DNA of 64,000 nucleotides from IMG/VR virus record IMGVR_UViG_3300009163_000001; one strand, written 5' to 3'. The translations under genes were made by a program, and so were the position numbers. Below the pieces are notes generated by a model that was given only the letters and a program-made list of their open reading frames with translations, made no database searches and was not told the origin of the DNA. This document shows positions 17,935 to 27,827 of the stretch, in pieces (the stretch's first letter is position 1; every line of letters begins with the position of its first letter). Origin of the DNA: an uncultured virus (IMG/VR IMGVR_UViG_3300009163_000001) (Duplodnaviria > Heunggongvirae > Uroviricota > Caudoviricetes).

Positions 17935-19814
17935 TGGATACATTTCAAAATTTCATAGCGTTAAGTCGCTATAGTCGGTGGATTGAAGATAAGAATAGAC
18001 GAGAAACTTGGGAAGAAACAGTAGACAGATGGTGGAATTACTTTACTATTAGGACACCATTGCTCCTTTCAAGACCTGATATTAAGGATGCGATCTTAAA
18101 TCTTGAGGTATTGCCCAGTATGCGTGGTCTTATGACCGCTGGTCCAGCCTTGGATAAAGACCATACTGCCCTGTATAACTGTGCCTACCTTGAGATTGAC
18201 TCAGTAGATTCATTCAGTAACCTCATGTATATCCTTATGTGTGGTACTGGTGTAGGCTACTCAGTTGAACACCGATGTGTAGACCAACTACCTAAGGTAT
18301 CAACCATAACAAAAGATTTTAATACTGTATATCAAGTAGAAGATTCAAGAGAAGGCTGGGCTAATGCCCTGTATTCCATGATGACTTCTTTATACAACGG
18401 TAAGCATTATAAATGGGATGTAAGTAAGGTTCGCTTATCGGGTGAGAAGCTTAAGACCTTTGGTGGTCGTGCTAGTGGACCAGCTCCACTTGAAGACACC
18501 TTTAAATTCATAGTACAAACTATGACTAATGCTCAGGGTCGTAAGCTTACAGCACTTGAGTGCCATGATATCTGTTGCAAGATTGCACAGTCTGTCATCG
18601 TCGGTGGTGTACGCAGATCGGCTATGATCTCTTTGTCGGATCTATCTGACCGAGAGATGGCTAAGTGTAAGAGCGGGTCTTGGTGGGGATCTAGCGGTCA
18701 TAGAGCCTTAGCTAATAACTCAGCTATCTACCAATCAAAACCACCAATGGGACAATTCCTTGAGGAGTGGTCAGAGTTATACAACTCTCACTCAGGTGAG
18801 CGTGGTATCTGTAACCGTAAGGCTATGCGTGACTTGGCTGTCAAGTCTGGTCGTAGTGCAGACTATGAGTATGGTACTAATCCCTGCTCAGAGATCATCC
18901 TACGCCCTAATCAATTCTGTAATCTAAGTACGGTTGTCCTTAAAGAAACCGATAACCTTAAAGATATCCGTCGTAAGATTGAACAAGCAACTATCATTGG
19001 TACTATTCAAAGTACCTTTACAAACTTTACATACCTACCTAAGGTATGGAAAGACAACTGTAATGAGGAACGATTGCTTGGTGTATCTATGACTGGTATC
19101 TATGACAACGCCTTAATGAGTGGTAAGTCTGGTCTTGGTAAGTTACAACAAGCGTTGGACTATCTCCAAGAAGTATCCACACAAACCAATCACACATGGG
19201 CTGCTAAGTTAAACATTCCTAATAGCAAGTCTATTACATGTATTAAGCCTGAGGGTACAACCTCTTGCTTGGCAAATTCAGCTAGTGGCTTGCATCCTCG
19301 CTATGCTCCGTTCTATCTTCGTCGTGTACGCATTGACAAGAAAGATCCCATCTATTCCTTTATGAAGGATCAAGGTGTATCTAGTGAAGACTGTGTAATG
19401 AATCCAGATGCGACTGGTATCTTTACCTTCCCACAGAAGAGCAGTAGTGGTGCTATTACTCAAGATAAGTTAATGGCTATGGATCATCTTAAGTTATGGG
19501 AAACATATCAAGATCATTACTGTCATCATAAACCATCTATCACAGTATCATATGATGACACTGATTTCTTATCAGTAGGTCAATGGGTATACGAAAACTT
19601 TGATAAGATTTCTGGTATATCTTTCTTGCCTAAGTCTGATCATGTGTATACTCAAGCACCGTTTGAAGCTGTAGATGCACGAACATACAATCTATTTCCT
19701 AAGGTGGAGGTTGATTGGAGTTTGTTAGAGAAGTATGAACTAGTAGATTCAACTAAGAGTTCTCATGCTTTGGCGTGTACTGCTGGTGCTTGCGAGATTG
19801 TAGATCTATCTTAA
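17934..19814 (+). CDS. nrdJ: class II (B12-dependent) ribonucleotide reductase
   Basis: RRETW, PSMR, YNC, GGVRRSA, TNPCSEI, IKPEGT; C-terminal CTAGAC; no small-subunit gene nearby. Confidence 0.92.
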   Translation: MDTFQNFIALSRYSRWIEDKNRRETWEETVDRWWNYFTIRTPLLLSRPDIKDAILNLEVLPSMRGLMTAGPALDKDHTALYNCAYLEIDSVDSFSNLMYILMCGTGVGYSVEHRCVDQLPKVSTITKDFNTVYQVEDSREGWANALYSMMTSLYNGKHYKWDVSKVRLSGEKLKTFGGRASGPAPLEDTFKFIVQTMTNAQGRKLTALECHDICCKIAQSVIVGGVRRSAMISLSDLSDREMAKCKSGSWWGSSGHRALANNSAIYQSKPPMGQFLEEWSELYNSHSGERGICNRKAMRDLAVKSGRSADYEYGTNPCSEIILRPNQFCNLSTVVLKETDNLKDIRRKIEQATIIGTIQSTFTNFTYLPKVWKDNCNEERLLGVSMTGIYDNALMSGKSGLGKLQQALDYLQEVSTQTNHTWAAKLNIPNSKSITCIKPEGTTSCLANSASGLHPRYAPFYLRRVRIDKKDPIYSFMKDQGVSSEDCVMNPDATGIFTFPQKSSSGAITQDKLMAMDHLKLWETYQDHYCHHKPSITVSYDDTDFLSVGQWVYENFDKISGISFLPKSDHVYTQAPFEAVDARTYNLFPKVEVDWSLLEKYELVDSTKSSHALACTAGACEIVDLS

Positions 19815-19825
19815 GGAGATATGAT

Positions 19826-20035
19826 ATGTATTCAAAAGAACAAATTGATTTGAGATTAAAGATTGGTGCATCTATTTCATCTGCTGAGATGGTGATTATT
19901 ATTAAATCCATGATGCAAACTATTAACGAATTGGAATTAAAGTACAATGAATTATCCAAGAATAGAGGAGTCGCTGCTGCTCCTGTTAGAGAAGTTGTAC
20001 AAGCAACTCCCATACGACCCCAAGTTAAGCAGTGA
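19826..20035 (+). CDS. hypothetical protein
   Basis: TAAGGAG SD. Confidence 0.65.
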   Translation: MYSKEQIDLRLKIGASISSAEMVIIIKSMMQTINELELKYNELSKNRGVAAAPVREVVQATPIRPQVKQ

Positions 20036-20138
20036 CGATTTTACTAGGGATGCTGCCTTTGCCGCTGGTCAAGTTGATGTTGTAAATAAACTAAGAATGA
20101 TTTATGAAAAGCAACAGAAGGAGAAGTTAAATGGCTAG
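19947..20138 (+). CDS. small protein resembling T7-like gp6.5-type proteins
   Basis: P.I...LL..LEKLY...AGQVDVVNKL pattern; sits before the virion genes. Confidence 0.55.
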   Translation: MNYPRIEESLLLLLEKLYKQLPYDPKLSSDDFTRDAAFAAGQVDVVNKLRMIYEKQQKEKLNG

Positions 20139-21033
20139 TTATTTAGACGGTCTTTTACAAAAAGCAAATCAAATTTTAATTGCTAATAGTAAAAGAGCAT
20201 CGAATCAATCTCAACTTGATTACCAACAACCAATAACAAACACAACAAGACGAACAGTACAAGGTATGGAAACTAATAATAGATCTCAGCAAACACAAAG
20301 ATCTAGTTTACAATCCGTATATAAACAAGCTAAAGCTTATGATCCGTTTGCTGTTGTTAATAAGACAAAAGAAGAACTACAAAAACCACTTACATACTTA
20401 AATGATATACTTATTAAAGCAACTCCAGTTGCTAGTACAGAAACTACATGGAATAAAAAATGGCGTAAACCAAAAGATGGTGAAACAGGTAAACAAAAAG
20501 TATATACTACAAAAACTACATACACCACAGACCCAACTGGTGACACCGTTAATAAAGAAATGCTACAGGGTTTAGTTGATGAGCAAACTAAATACTTAGG
20601 TAAAGACTTTGCTAATATAGATACTAAAACCTTGGCAGCTGCTGATTGGACAGGCTTTCGTAATTTAGAAGGAGATGTAGTTAAGTATAATTCTCTTAGA
20701 GATAGTTATGTTGCTAAAGAAAAAAAAACCAAAGTAGATACGGATTGGATTAAACAATACGATACTCTATTGGCTGACACATATAAAGCAATAAGCGCAG
20801 AGGTTCCTAAGATATTAACAAGCGCAAGAAGTTCTTATGATACTATAGCAAAAACAAGAGATACTACTTTAGCTGCTATTGAATCATTACTACCATCTGA
20901 TAAACAAGATAGAAAAAAAACAATGGATGTTTCATCTGAAGATCCAAGATCTCAGATTGCAAACCGAGTGAAACTTGTAAGTAATTATGCAACTAAAAAA
21001 CCAACGCCAGTCTTTGAATCAAGACCAATATAA
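20131..21033 (+). CDS. hypothetical (putative virion) protein
   Basis: AAGGAG SD; position upstream of the portal. Confidence 0.7.
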   Translation: MASYLDGLLQKANQILIANSKRASNQSQLDYQQPITNTTRRTVQGMETNNRSQQTQRSSLQSVYKQAKAYDPFAVVNKTKEELQKPLTYLNDILIKATPVASTETTWNKKWRKPKDGETGKQKVYTTKTTYTTDPTGDTVNKEMLQGLVDEQTKYLGKDFANIDTKTLAAADWTGFRNLEGDVVKYNSLRDSYVAKEKKTKVDTDWIKQYDTLLADTYKAISAEVPKILTSARSSYDTIAKTRDTTLAAIESLLPSDKQDRKKTMDVSSEDPRSQIANRVKLVSNYATKKPTPVFESRPI

Positions 21034-21044
21034 GGAGAATTACT

Positions 21045-21389
21045 ATGGGTGGAGGACCTACAATATCGGGTGGAATGACTAAAGATGAGTATGATGCTGC
21101 ATTAGCAGAACAAAGAGACTATGCAACTAAAGCTGAATCAGCTAGAGATGAAAAGTTAGCTGAGTATGAAAAAAATAGAATAGCATCTGAAAAAGATTTA
21201 ATTCAAGCTCAAAAAAATGCTGAGTTAGCTAAGGTAACAGCACAACAAGATGCCGAGCAAATGACAGCAGCAGAAGCTGAAGCGGCAGCAAACGCTGCGT
21301 CTAGTGGTGCATCAGATACACTTAGCTCTAATTTTTATGATGCGCTATATACTGGTGTCAATGGAAGTAATGGCGAACGACCAAAGTAA
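21045..21389 (+). CDS. small virion/tail assembly protein (gp6.7/7.3 position)
   Basis: MGGGP start, Ala/Glu-rich, immediately before the portal. Confidence 0.65.
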   Translation: MGGGPTISGGMTKDEYDAALAEQRDYATKAESARDEKLAEYEKNRIASEKDLIQAQKNAELAKVTAQQDAEQMTAAEAEAAANAASSGASDTLSSNFYDALYTGVNGSNGERPK

Positions 21390-21397
21390 GGAATTAA

Positions 21398-23050
21398 ATG
21401 CACGAACAAACATTAGAAGAACGATTTAGATTGTTGGATGGTAGACGACAGTACCGAATTGATCTTGCAAGAAGATGTTCAAGTCTTACTATTCCTTCTG
21501 TACTACCACCACTTAACTGGACTGATGGCATGGCATTGACACAACCATTCTCATCTATTGCTAGTCGTGGTGTCACGGCTATGGCAAGTAGAATGTTGTC
21601 GGCATTGATGCCGCTAAACGACTCACCATTCTTTAGGTTTGGTTTAAAGAATGGAGCAGAAGCTACGCCTGAGATCAAAGCATATTTAGAAACACTATCG
21701 TATCAGGTATTTAATAAGGTTGTTTCTCAAAACTTAAGAGAAACAATCTTCCAAGCATTACAACATTTAATTATTGTTGGTGATGTAATGGTTATTATGG
21801 ATGATGACTTTTCTTTTAGAAATATTAGAACAGATCAATATGTTGTACAAAGAAATGTACAAGGTAAGGTAATTGAAACTATCCATTTAGAATATGAACC
21901 ATGTAAAGATGGTGATGATGATTACGCAACATCTTCTGCTGGTACTGGTATTAAACAAGGATATGATGTTATCTATTGCCAATATAAACTAAATGAAAAA
22001 AAGAATACATGGTCTAGTACAAAAGAAAATGATGAGGGTGAGGTTATTGACACTGGTGAGTATGTAGTATCTCCTCTCATTCCTTTGCGTTGGTATGGTA
22101 TCATGGGTGAAAACTATGGTCGATCACATTGCGAAGATATCTTAGGAGATCTAATGTCTCTTGAGAACTATACGCAATCTCATATCGAAGGTATGGCAGC
22201 GTCATCCACATTCTGGATTGGTGTTGATCCTGCTGGTATGACTGAGTTAGATGATATCTCGTCTGCTAGTAACGGTACATTTATCCCAGCTAGACAAGCA
22301 GATATCTTCTGTATTAGTCCAGCACAGACTTTGAACCCACAAGTAGCATCTACTGCTAACGCAGTTGCTGAGATGCGCCGTGAGGTTGCTGATGCGTTCT
22401 TAATGACAAGAGCTGCTATCCCATCGGGTGATAGAGTCACAGCCACAGCCATTCGTATGATTGGTTCTGAGCTTGAGACCGTGTTAGGCGGTGCGTTCTC
22501 TGCTATTGCAAGAGATCTAATGGAACCTATTATCAAAAGAACTATCTTTATCATGTTGAACAACGGTGATATGGATGAGGGCATGTATGCTCAGTTCTTT
22601 GATAAGGATGGTACGCTACAGACTGAGATCATCACTGGTCTACAGGCTTTATCACGGGATTCTGATCTTCAGAAGCTCATGCAAATGGGTGAGATGGTTC
22701 GTAACTTACCACCACAGGCATTACAAACATTCAAGTGGGACTCATATGCTACGGCATTGATCTCATCACTTGGGTTTGATGCTCGTATGTGGGTTAAGTC
22801 TGCTGAACAAGTAGCCCAAGAACAACAACAACAGCAACAACAAGCTATGCAAATGCAAATGCAACAGAAAGCTGGTGGTGCTGTTACTGATGGTGTTGTT
22901 AATACAGCAACACAAGCAGCACAGCAGGATATCCAACAGACTGGTGGTCAGAATATTGGCGCAATGATGCAACAATTAGGCATTGACCCATCACAATTAG
23001 GTATGGGGCAACAAGGTATGCAACAACAACCTACACAACAAGGTATGTGA
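21398..23050 (+). CDS. portal (head-tail connector, gp8-like)
   Basis: LTIPS, RGV..MASR, PFF, GENYGRS, RVTATAIR, ELE..LGG; Gln-rich tail. Confidence 0.96.
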   Translation: MHEQTLEERFRLLDGRRQYRIDLARRCSSLTIPSVLPPLNWTDGMALTQPFSSIASRGVTAMASRMLSALMPLNDSPFFRFGLKNGAEATPEIKAYLETLSYQVFNKVVSQNLRETIFQALQHLIIVGDVMVIMDDDFSFRNIRTDQYVVQRNVQGKVIETIHLEYEPCKDGDDDYATSSAGTGIKQGYDVIYCQYKLNEKKNTWSSTKENDEGEVIDTGEYVVSPLIPLRWYGIMGENYGRSHCEDILGDLMSLENYTQSHIEGMAASSTFWIGVDPAGMTELDDISSASNGTFIPARQADIFCISPAQTLNPQVASTANAVAEMRREVADAFLMTRAAIPSGDRVTATAIRMIGSELETVLGGAFSAIARDLMEPIIKRTIFIMLNNGDMDEGMYAQFFDKDGTLQTEIITGLQALSRDSDLQKLMQMGEMVRNLPPQALQTFKWDSYATALISSLGFDARMWVKSAEQVAQEQQQQQQQAMQMQMQQKAGGAVTDGVVNTATQAAQQDIQQTGGQNIGAMMQQLGIDPSQLGMGQQGMQQQPTQQGM

Positions 23051-23051
23051 T

Positions 23052-23348
23052 ATGAGAAAACCATTAAACAAAGCTAAGATGTCATGCAATAGCCCACAGA
23101 AATCTCCAAACCCAGCTAAGAAACGAGTTGTTAAAGCTTGTTCTAATGGGACTGAAAAGATTATTCACTATGGTGCTACTGGTTATGGTAATAATTACTC
23201 AGCGGCTGCTAGAAAATCCTTTAATGCTAGGCACAACTGCGCTAATGCTAAGGATAAACTAACTGCAAAGTATTGGGCGTGTAAAGATCTTTGGGGTGGT
23301 CCAGGAAAATCTAAGACAAGTTGTCCTAAAAATAGAAAGTGTAAATAA
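23052..23348 (+). CDS. conserved basic phage protein
   Basis: IIHYGATGY...ARKSFNARHNC...DKLTAKYWAC..LW pattern. Confidence 0.75.
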   Translation: MRKPLNKAKMSCNSPQKSPNPAKKRVVKACSNGTEKIIHYGATGYGNNYSAAARKSFNARHNCANAKDKLTAKYWACKDLWGGPGKSKTSCPKNRKCK

Positions 23349-23350
23349 CA

Positions 23351-23437
23351 ATGCATAAATGTAAATGCTCTCACTCAAAAGACACTAAGAAGCAACCAGC
23401 AAAGACGGCTAAGTATGCGAAGAAAAAGAAAAAGTAA
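23351..23437 (+). CDS. tiny Lys-rich peptide (28 aa, not in ORF track)
   Basis: MHKCKCSHSKDTKKQPAKTAKYAKKKKK fills the gap after the previous stop. Confidence 0.45.
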   Translation: MHKCKCSHSKDTKKQPAKTAKYAKKKKK

Positions 23438-23527
23438 GTTTATTATTAACAACATTGATTTTATTAAGGCATGTCGCAGAATGCGTATGCGTTATTCCAA
23501 ACTATTAAAAAGATTAAAGGATATATT

Positions 23528-24118
23528 ATGATTAGAACATCAACATACGCTACACAAAAGTACGCCCTCAGCGATACTTATTTACTATCACCAACAACTA
23601 ATATTACTCGTTGTGGTCAATCAGGTTCTCCAGCAACTGTTACTATTTTATCAGCTTTACCAGTATCAACTACTAATTCTAGAACCATTTCTTTAAACGG
23701 TAGCCCAAATATTAAGTTTTCTTTTTGGTTTGGTCAAGCACTTGTTGCTGGTGAAGTTGTAAGAATAAATGGTTGGTCTAAAACAACAGATAATAAATAT
23801 GTCCCATCACTATTATATAGGGGGACAATAACAGAACTTAGTACTGGAACAGCGTCTACTATTAACAGTGTAAATACGATGAAACCAGTTATTACCATGC
23901 TTCCAAGTGTGACTCTTGGCGCATCCTTTCAACCAGTAATTACAACAGCATCAACAGTAAACCCTATTCCATATAGTTATATGCCAGGAAGTGGGACCTC
24001 ACCAGCATCTTTAATTCTTAATACATTTGGCTTTACTAATCTTACAGTAGAGTTTAGCGCAACTAACGCAGATACAGATGATAGTAAAAATTATAATGCC
24101 TATGTTACTGAGTTTTAA
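23528..24118 (+). CDS. hypothetical Thr/Ser-rich beta protein (putative virion)
   Basis: AAGGA SD before ATG 23528. Confidence 0.65.
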   Translation: MIRTSTYATQKYALSDTYLLSPTTNITRCGQSGSPATVTILSALPVSTTNSRTISLNGSPNIKFSFWFGQALVAGEVVRINGWSKTTDNKYVPSLLYRGTITELSTGTASTINSVNTMKPVITMLPSVTLGASFQPVITTASTVNPIPYSYMPGSGTSPASLILNTFGFTNLTVEFSATNADTDDSKNYNAYVTEF

Positions 24119-24129
24119 GGAGCCGCTAA

Positions 24130-24666
24130 ATGTCTAATGTATTTACAGCATCCGTTAATAATCAGAAACAATTCATATTACCAGTAACTAATTTATTACC
24201 AAAAAATTCTGGTGGTGGTGCTTTAGCTAATTCATCTACATCACAAGCATGGACAAAAATAATTATACCAGAAGCAGTTAAACAATTTGATTATGATTAT
24301 ATTTCATTTTCTGCTTTAACGAATGCAGTTGCTAATGATATAGGTGTATGTGTTGTTAATATTGAGTATCAATTACCAGCTGCAATGGCTGATATGATTG
24401 AAATGCTGCCAAATAATGCAGATGTAACCCTAACAGATAGTATATATAAAGTAGAAATTAGAACTATAAATGGAATGCTATTGCCTATTGATTTAAAAAG
24501 TATATACGCTATATCTTTACCGTCTTCTGGCTACACAGCATATGCTACCGTTACAAATATTACTTTGTGGAAAACATTCTTTACAAGTGATGCTAACAAT
24601 AGCAAAACATTTTTAAAAGATGGTTTACTTTATCAGGGTGTTAATCAAAACAACCCAGTTGGATAA
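24130..24666 (+). CDS. hypothetical protein
   Basis: TAAGGAG SD. Confidence 0.7.
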   Translation: MSNVFTASVNNQKQFILPVTNLLPKNSGGGALANSSTSQAWTKIIIPEAVKQFDYDYISFSALTNAVANDIGVCVVNIEYQLPAAMADMIEMLPNNADVTLTDSIYKVEIRTINGMLLPIDLKSIYAISLPSSGYTAYATVTNITLWKTFFTSDANNSKTFLKDGLLYQGVNQNNPVG

Positions 24667-24693
24667 CTAATAACCTTAAGGAGATACTTTATA

Positions 24694-25656
24694 ATGATTG
24701 ACGAAACAAATGAGACTCAGACTTTTGAATATCAACAACCAGTGCCAACAAGCGAGGCTGATATTCAAGTACAACAAACTGAACAATCTCCAACCGCTAC
24801 CCCAGATGCAATGCAAGTTGCTAGGGAACACCAAGCTTTTGAAGCATATGTTAAGAATCAGGGTTTAGAAATCCCTAGTAATTTTAAAGATACTTCAGCT
24901 TGGTTTAATTCTTTAAAGAATGCACAGGGCGAATACACTAAGGCACGGCAAGAAGTTGCTGAGCTTAAGAAGGCTTATGGTCAAGTAGATGGTGGTGCTA
25001 ATCCAACATATGTACCAGAGCCAACTAAAGAAGTTGTTGCTATTACTAAGGTTCCAGAAGAACTACGCATTCCTAATGCGCCACCAGAGGTTGCTAAGAC
25101 TAATGAGCCAGTAAACGAACCTAAGTTTACTGATGATGATTGGTCTAAGTGGTCTATGGAAGTTGCGGTTAGCAATGATCTATCAGAAGAAACTAAGTCA
25201 GAGATTAAAACTAAGACTGGATTCTCTGATAAGATGATTGGTGATTACATGGAAGGTCAGAAGGCACGATCAAGAGAAGCCTTTGGTAAGGCTGCTGACA
25301 TTGTTGGCAGTAAAGATAAGTTGCATCAGATCTTCTCATGGGCTGCTAAGACGATGACTGTACAACAACAAGCAGAGATCAACGCCACACTTGCTAGTCC
25401 AAGTTGGGAAGTTGCATTGCTTGGTCTTGCTACAAAGTATGATCGTACTAGTGCCACTACTGACAAGAATAAGGAAATGGCATCAACAAGAACACAAGTA
25501 GCTGGTTCTCAGACACCTCAGGGAACAGCTGCATACAAAACAAAGCGTGAGTTCTACGCAGACAGAGGAAACCCAAGGTACAATTCTGAACCTAAGTTTC
25601 GTTTGGCTGTAGAACAACGAATGCTTAAGACGGATTTTAACCGTCTGACAAACTAA
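24694..25656 (+). CDS. capsid scaffolding protein (gp9-like)
   Basis: Acidic N-terminus; VG......IFSWA; C-terminal PRY..EP.FR..VE.R; precedes the capsid gene. Confidence 0.88.
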   Translation: MIDETNETQTFEYQQPVPTSEADIQVQQTEQSPTATPDAMQVAREHQAFEAYVKNQGLEIPSNFKDTSAWFNSLKNAQGEYTKARQEVAELKKAYGQVDGGANPTYVPEPTKEVVAITKVPEELRIPNAPPEVAKTNEPVNEPKFTDDDWSKWSMEVAVSNDLSEETKSEIKTKTGFSDKMIGDYMEGQKARSREAFGKAADIVGSKDKLHQIFSWAAKTMTVQQQAEINATLASPSWEVALLGLATKYDRTSATTDKNKEMASTRTQVAGSQTPQGTAAYKTKREFYADRGNPRYNSEPKFRLAVEQRMLKTDFNRLTN

Positions 25657-25790
25657 GTCAAACTAACCAACACAAACCCCCTACTTCGGTAGTAATGGGT
25701 GGTATAGTTAGTGAGACAACACAAGAAGACTCCTTTGGAACAATCTAATATTGTGTGTAGTTTCTATCGTTTACTTTTTTAATGTTACTA
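25657..25790 (+). promoter_or_regulatory. structured leader upstream of the capsid gene
   Basis: ACTAAC...CTAC-TTCG-GTAG...GTTAGT stem, then ACACAA...TTGTGT stem. Confidence 0.45.
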
Positions 25791-25812
25791 CACTTTTATA
25801 GGAGATACTAAT

Positions 25813-27063
25813 ATGGCTACTATTGATAATTTAGCTGCAACTGATATGGTTATGAGAACTTCTCTTACTGCAAACACCTCAGGTGGTGTTGCTGGCGTTA
25901 ATAAACTCTGGCTTCCATTGTGGAGCGGAGAGGTAATTCATGCATACGATCAAGTCAATATGTTTGAATCAATGATTACAACCAAGCCACTTACTGGTGG
26001 TTATAGTTGGGAGTTCCCAATTACTGGAACTGTTCAAGCAGCAGCGTCTTGGGATGCTGGACAGGAATTGGGTGGTGGTACTTCTGGTAGTAATACTATG
26101 AAGATTCAACTTGATAAACGACCATTAGCCACATATTTTGAATGCGATAATGTTGATTTATTGATTACCCAATGGGATTATCGTTCTGAGCTTGCTCGTC
26201 AAGCTGGTCTTCAACTTGCTAATATTCGTGATAAGCAAATTGCAGCTGCTATTTATGCTGCATGTATTTGTTCACCACTTGGCTTTAGTCATATAGCTGC
26301 TTCTGGCAGTAATGCTGATCCTCGTGGAACCTTTACTCAATCTACATTTCCGCAACCAGCTGTTGTTGCTGCAACCGCTGTTCCAGCAAGTCAATGTACT
26401 GAAGCATCAGCTTTGCTTATTCTTCAAGCAATTGAAAATTATTTTGTTACTATGCAAGAAAATGATTTTCCAATTGGTAATGTTTATTGCGTAGTTACTC
26501 CAAAGGTATTCCAAGTTATTCGTGGACTTGGTTTGACAAGATCTGCTGATGTATATACTGCTACAACTTCTAGTGTAAATAATTTTGGTAGTAACTTTAC
26601 CAAGAATCCACTGTTTGGTGGAGTTGCTGACATGGGTGGTCTTGGTGCGCCATATACTGTTGGATATAACTCAATGGGCGATAGCTTGGATTATATGGGC
26701 TGCAAGATTGTTAAGTCTAACCACTTACCAACAGCTAATACAACCCTTGCTTTAGGTTCTGCTAAGTACAACTTTGATACGACTGGTGTATACCCATATG
26801 GTATGATTTTCCAACCAGAAGCTATTGCTGGTCTTTCATTGCAGGGTATGAAGGTTGATTCTATTGCTGATGTTCGACGCAATACGCAATTCACCGTTGC
26901 ATCTATGATGAAGGGTACTGGAGTTCTTAAACCAGAACTTTGCCAACTTTTAGTTGGTGGTGTTTCTGCTAATATTGATACTAGAATTGAGCTTGGTGCA
27001 ATTGCTGGTGCTAACTTTAGTGGTGCTGGTGGCTTTGGTGGTGATTACTCAACTACTGCTTAA
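25813..27063 (+). CDS. major capsid protein (gp10-like)
   Basis: LWL..WSGEV..AY, FPITG, D.RSELARQAG..LA...D, G.KIVKSNHLP, GTGVLKPE. Confidence 0.95.
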   Translation: MATIDNLAATDMVMRTSLTANTSGGVAGVNKLWLPLWSGEVIHAYDQVNMFESMITTKPLTGGYSWEFPITGTVQAAASWDAGQELGGGTSGSNTMKIQLDKRPLATYFECDNVDLLITQWDYRSELARQAGLQLANIRDKQIAAAIYAACICSPLGFSHIAASGSNADPRGTFTQSTFPQPAVVAATAVPASQCTEASALLILQAIENYFVTMQENDFPIGNVYCVVTPKVFQVIRGLGLTRSADVYTATTSSVNNFGSNFTKNPLFGGVADMGGLGAPYTVGYNSMGDSLDYMGCKIVKSNHLPTANTTLALGSAKYNFDTTGVYPYGMIFQPEAIAGLSLQGMKVDSIADVRRNTQFTVASMMKGTGVLKPELCQLLVGGVSANIDTRIELGAIAGANFSGAGGFGGDYSTTA

Positions 27064-27084
27064 TTTGTTTTAATTAGGTTTTAA

Positions 27085-27119
27085 CCCCCAGTCCCTTAAG
27101 TGGGGCTGGGGGATTTCTT
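27085..27119 (+). terminator. T-phi-like terminator after the capsid gene
   Basis: CCCCCAGTCCC-TTAAGT-GGGGCTGGGGG followed by ATTTCTT. Confidence 0.8.
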
Positions 27120-27140
27120 ACAAAGAAGGAGGATGCTACT

Positions 27141-27827
27141 ATGGGTTTTATAACAAAGTTACAGGCTGTTAATCAAATGCTGTTGGCTTCGGGAGAATCA
27201 CCAGTAGCAGACCTTATTGGTAATTCTGGTATTGATACAGGTGTTGCAGATACCGTACTTGAACAAGCTAGTTTAGACTTTCAGTTGCGTGGTCTTGCTA
27301 ACAATAAGATTGTTAAGAAGATGAACGCTGACTCTAATGGTAAGATCTATTTACCACTAGGTGATGGCGATGAAGAAGGTGTATTATCGGCTGATCTTAT
27401 GTCTACGCACTATAATACTGATAACTATATCATTGTCGCTAGAGTATATGACGAGGGTACTGGTGCTTCTCAGTCTGTTAAGCTGTACAACTTTACCGAT
27501 GATACAGATATATGGTCATTGACCGAAGACTACTATGTTGAGATCATTAAGAAACTTAAGTGGTCACACCTAGATACACCAACACAACGATCCATCCTAG
27601 CATCAGCTGCTCGTCACTATCAGATCCTTACACAAGGCGATAGTACAACCGATAGTTTCCTTGCTTACCAAGAACAAATGTTTTCTATAAAGGCAAGATC
27701 ATCTGATATGAATGACAAGAAAAGAAACATCTTTAGGTCTGGTGATGGTAATGTTCGTGGTGCTGCGTTCCGTAACCCATACCTAAATGATCCTACATAC
27801 CGTAGGTTCTGGAACGGTGGTATTTAA
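27141..27827 (+). CDS. tail tubular protein A (gp11-like)
   Basis: TKLQAVNQMLLASGESPV N-terminal motif; synteny. Confidence 0.9.
   Translation: MGFITKLQAVNQMLLASGESPVADLIGNSGIDTGVADTVLEQASLDFQLRGLANNKIVKKMNADSNGKIYLPLGDGDEEGVLSADLMSTHYNTDNYIIVARVYDEGTGASQSVKLYNFTDDTDIWSLTEDYYVEIIKKLKWSHLDTPTQRSILASAARHYQILTQGDSTTDSFLAYQEQMFSIKARSSDMNDKKRNIFRSGDGNVRGAAFRNPYLNDPTYRRFWNGGI

Noticed and set aside
22800..23050. CAA/CAG-rich run at the portal 3' end as a separate repeat element
   Set aside because: It simply encodes a low-complexity Gln/Met tail of the portal.
27030..27085. T7 gp10B-type capsid frameshift extension
   Set aside because: No slippery run seen, and stops plus the terminator follow immediately.
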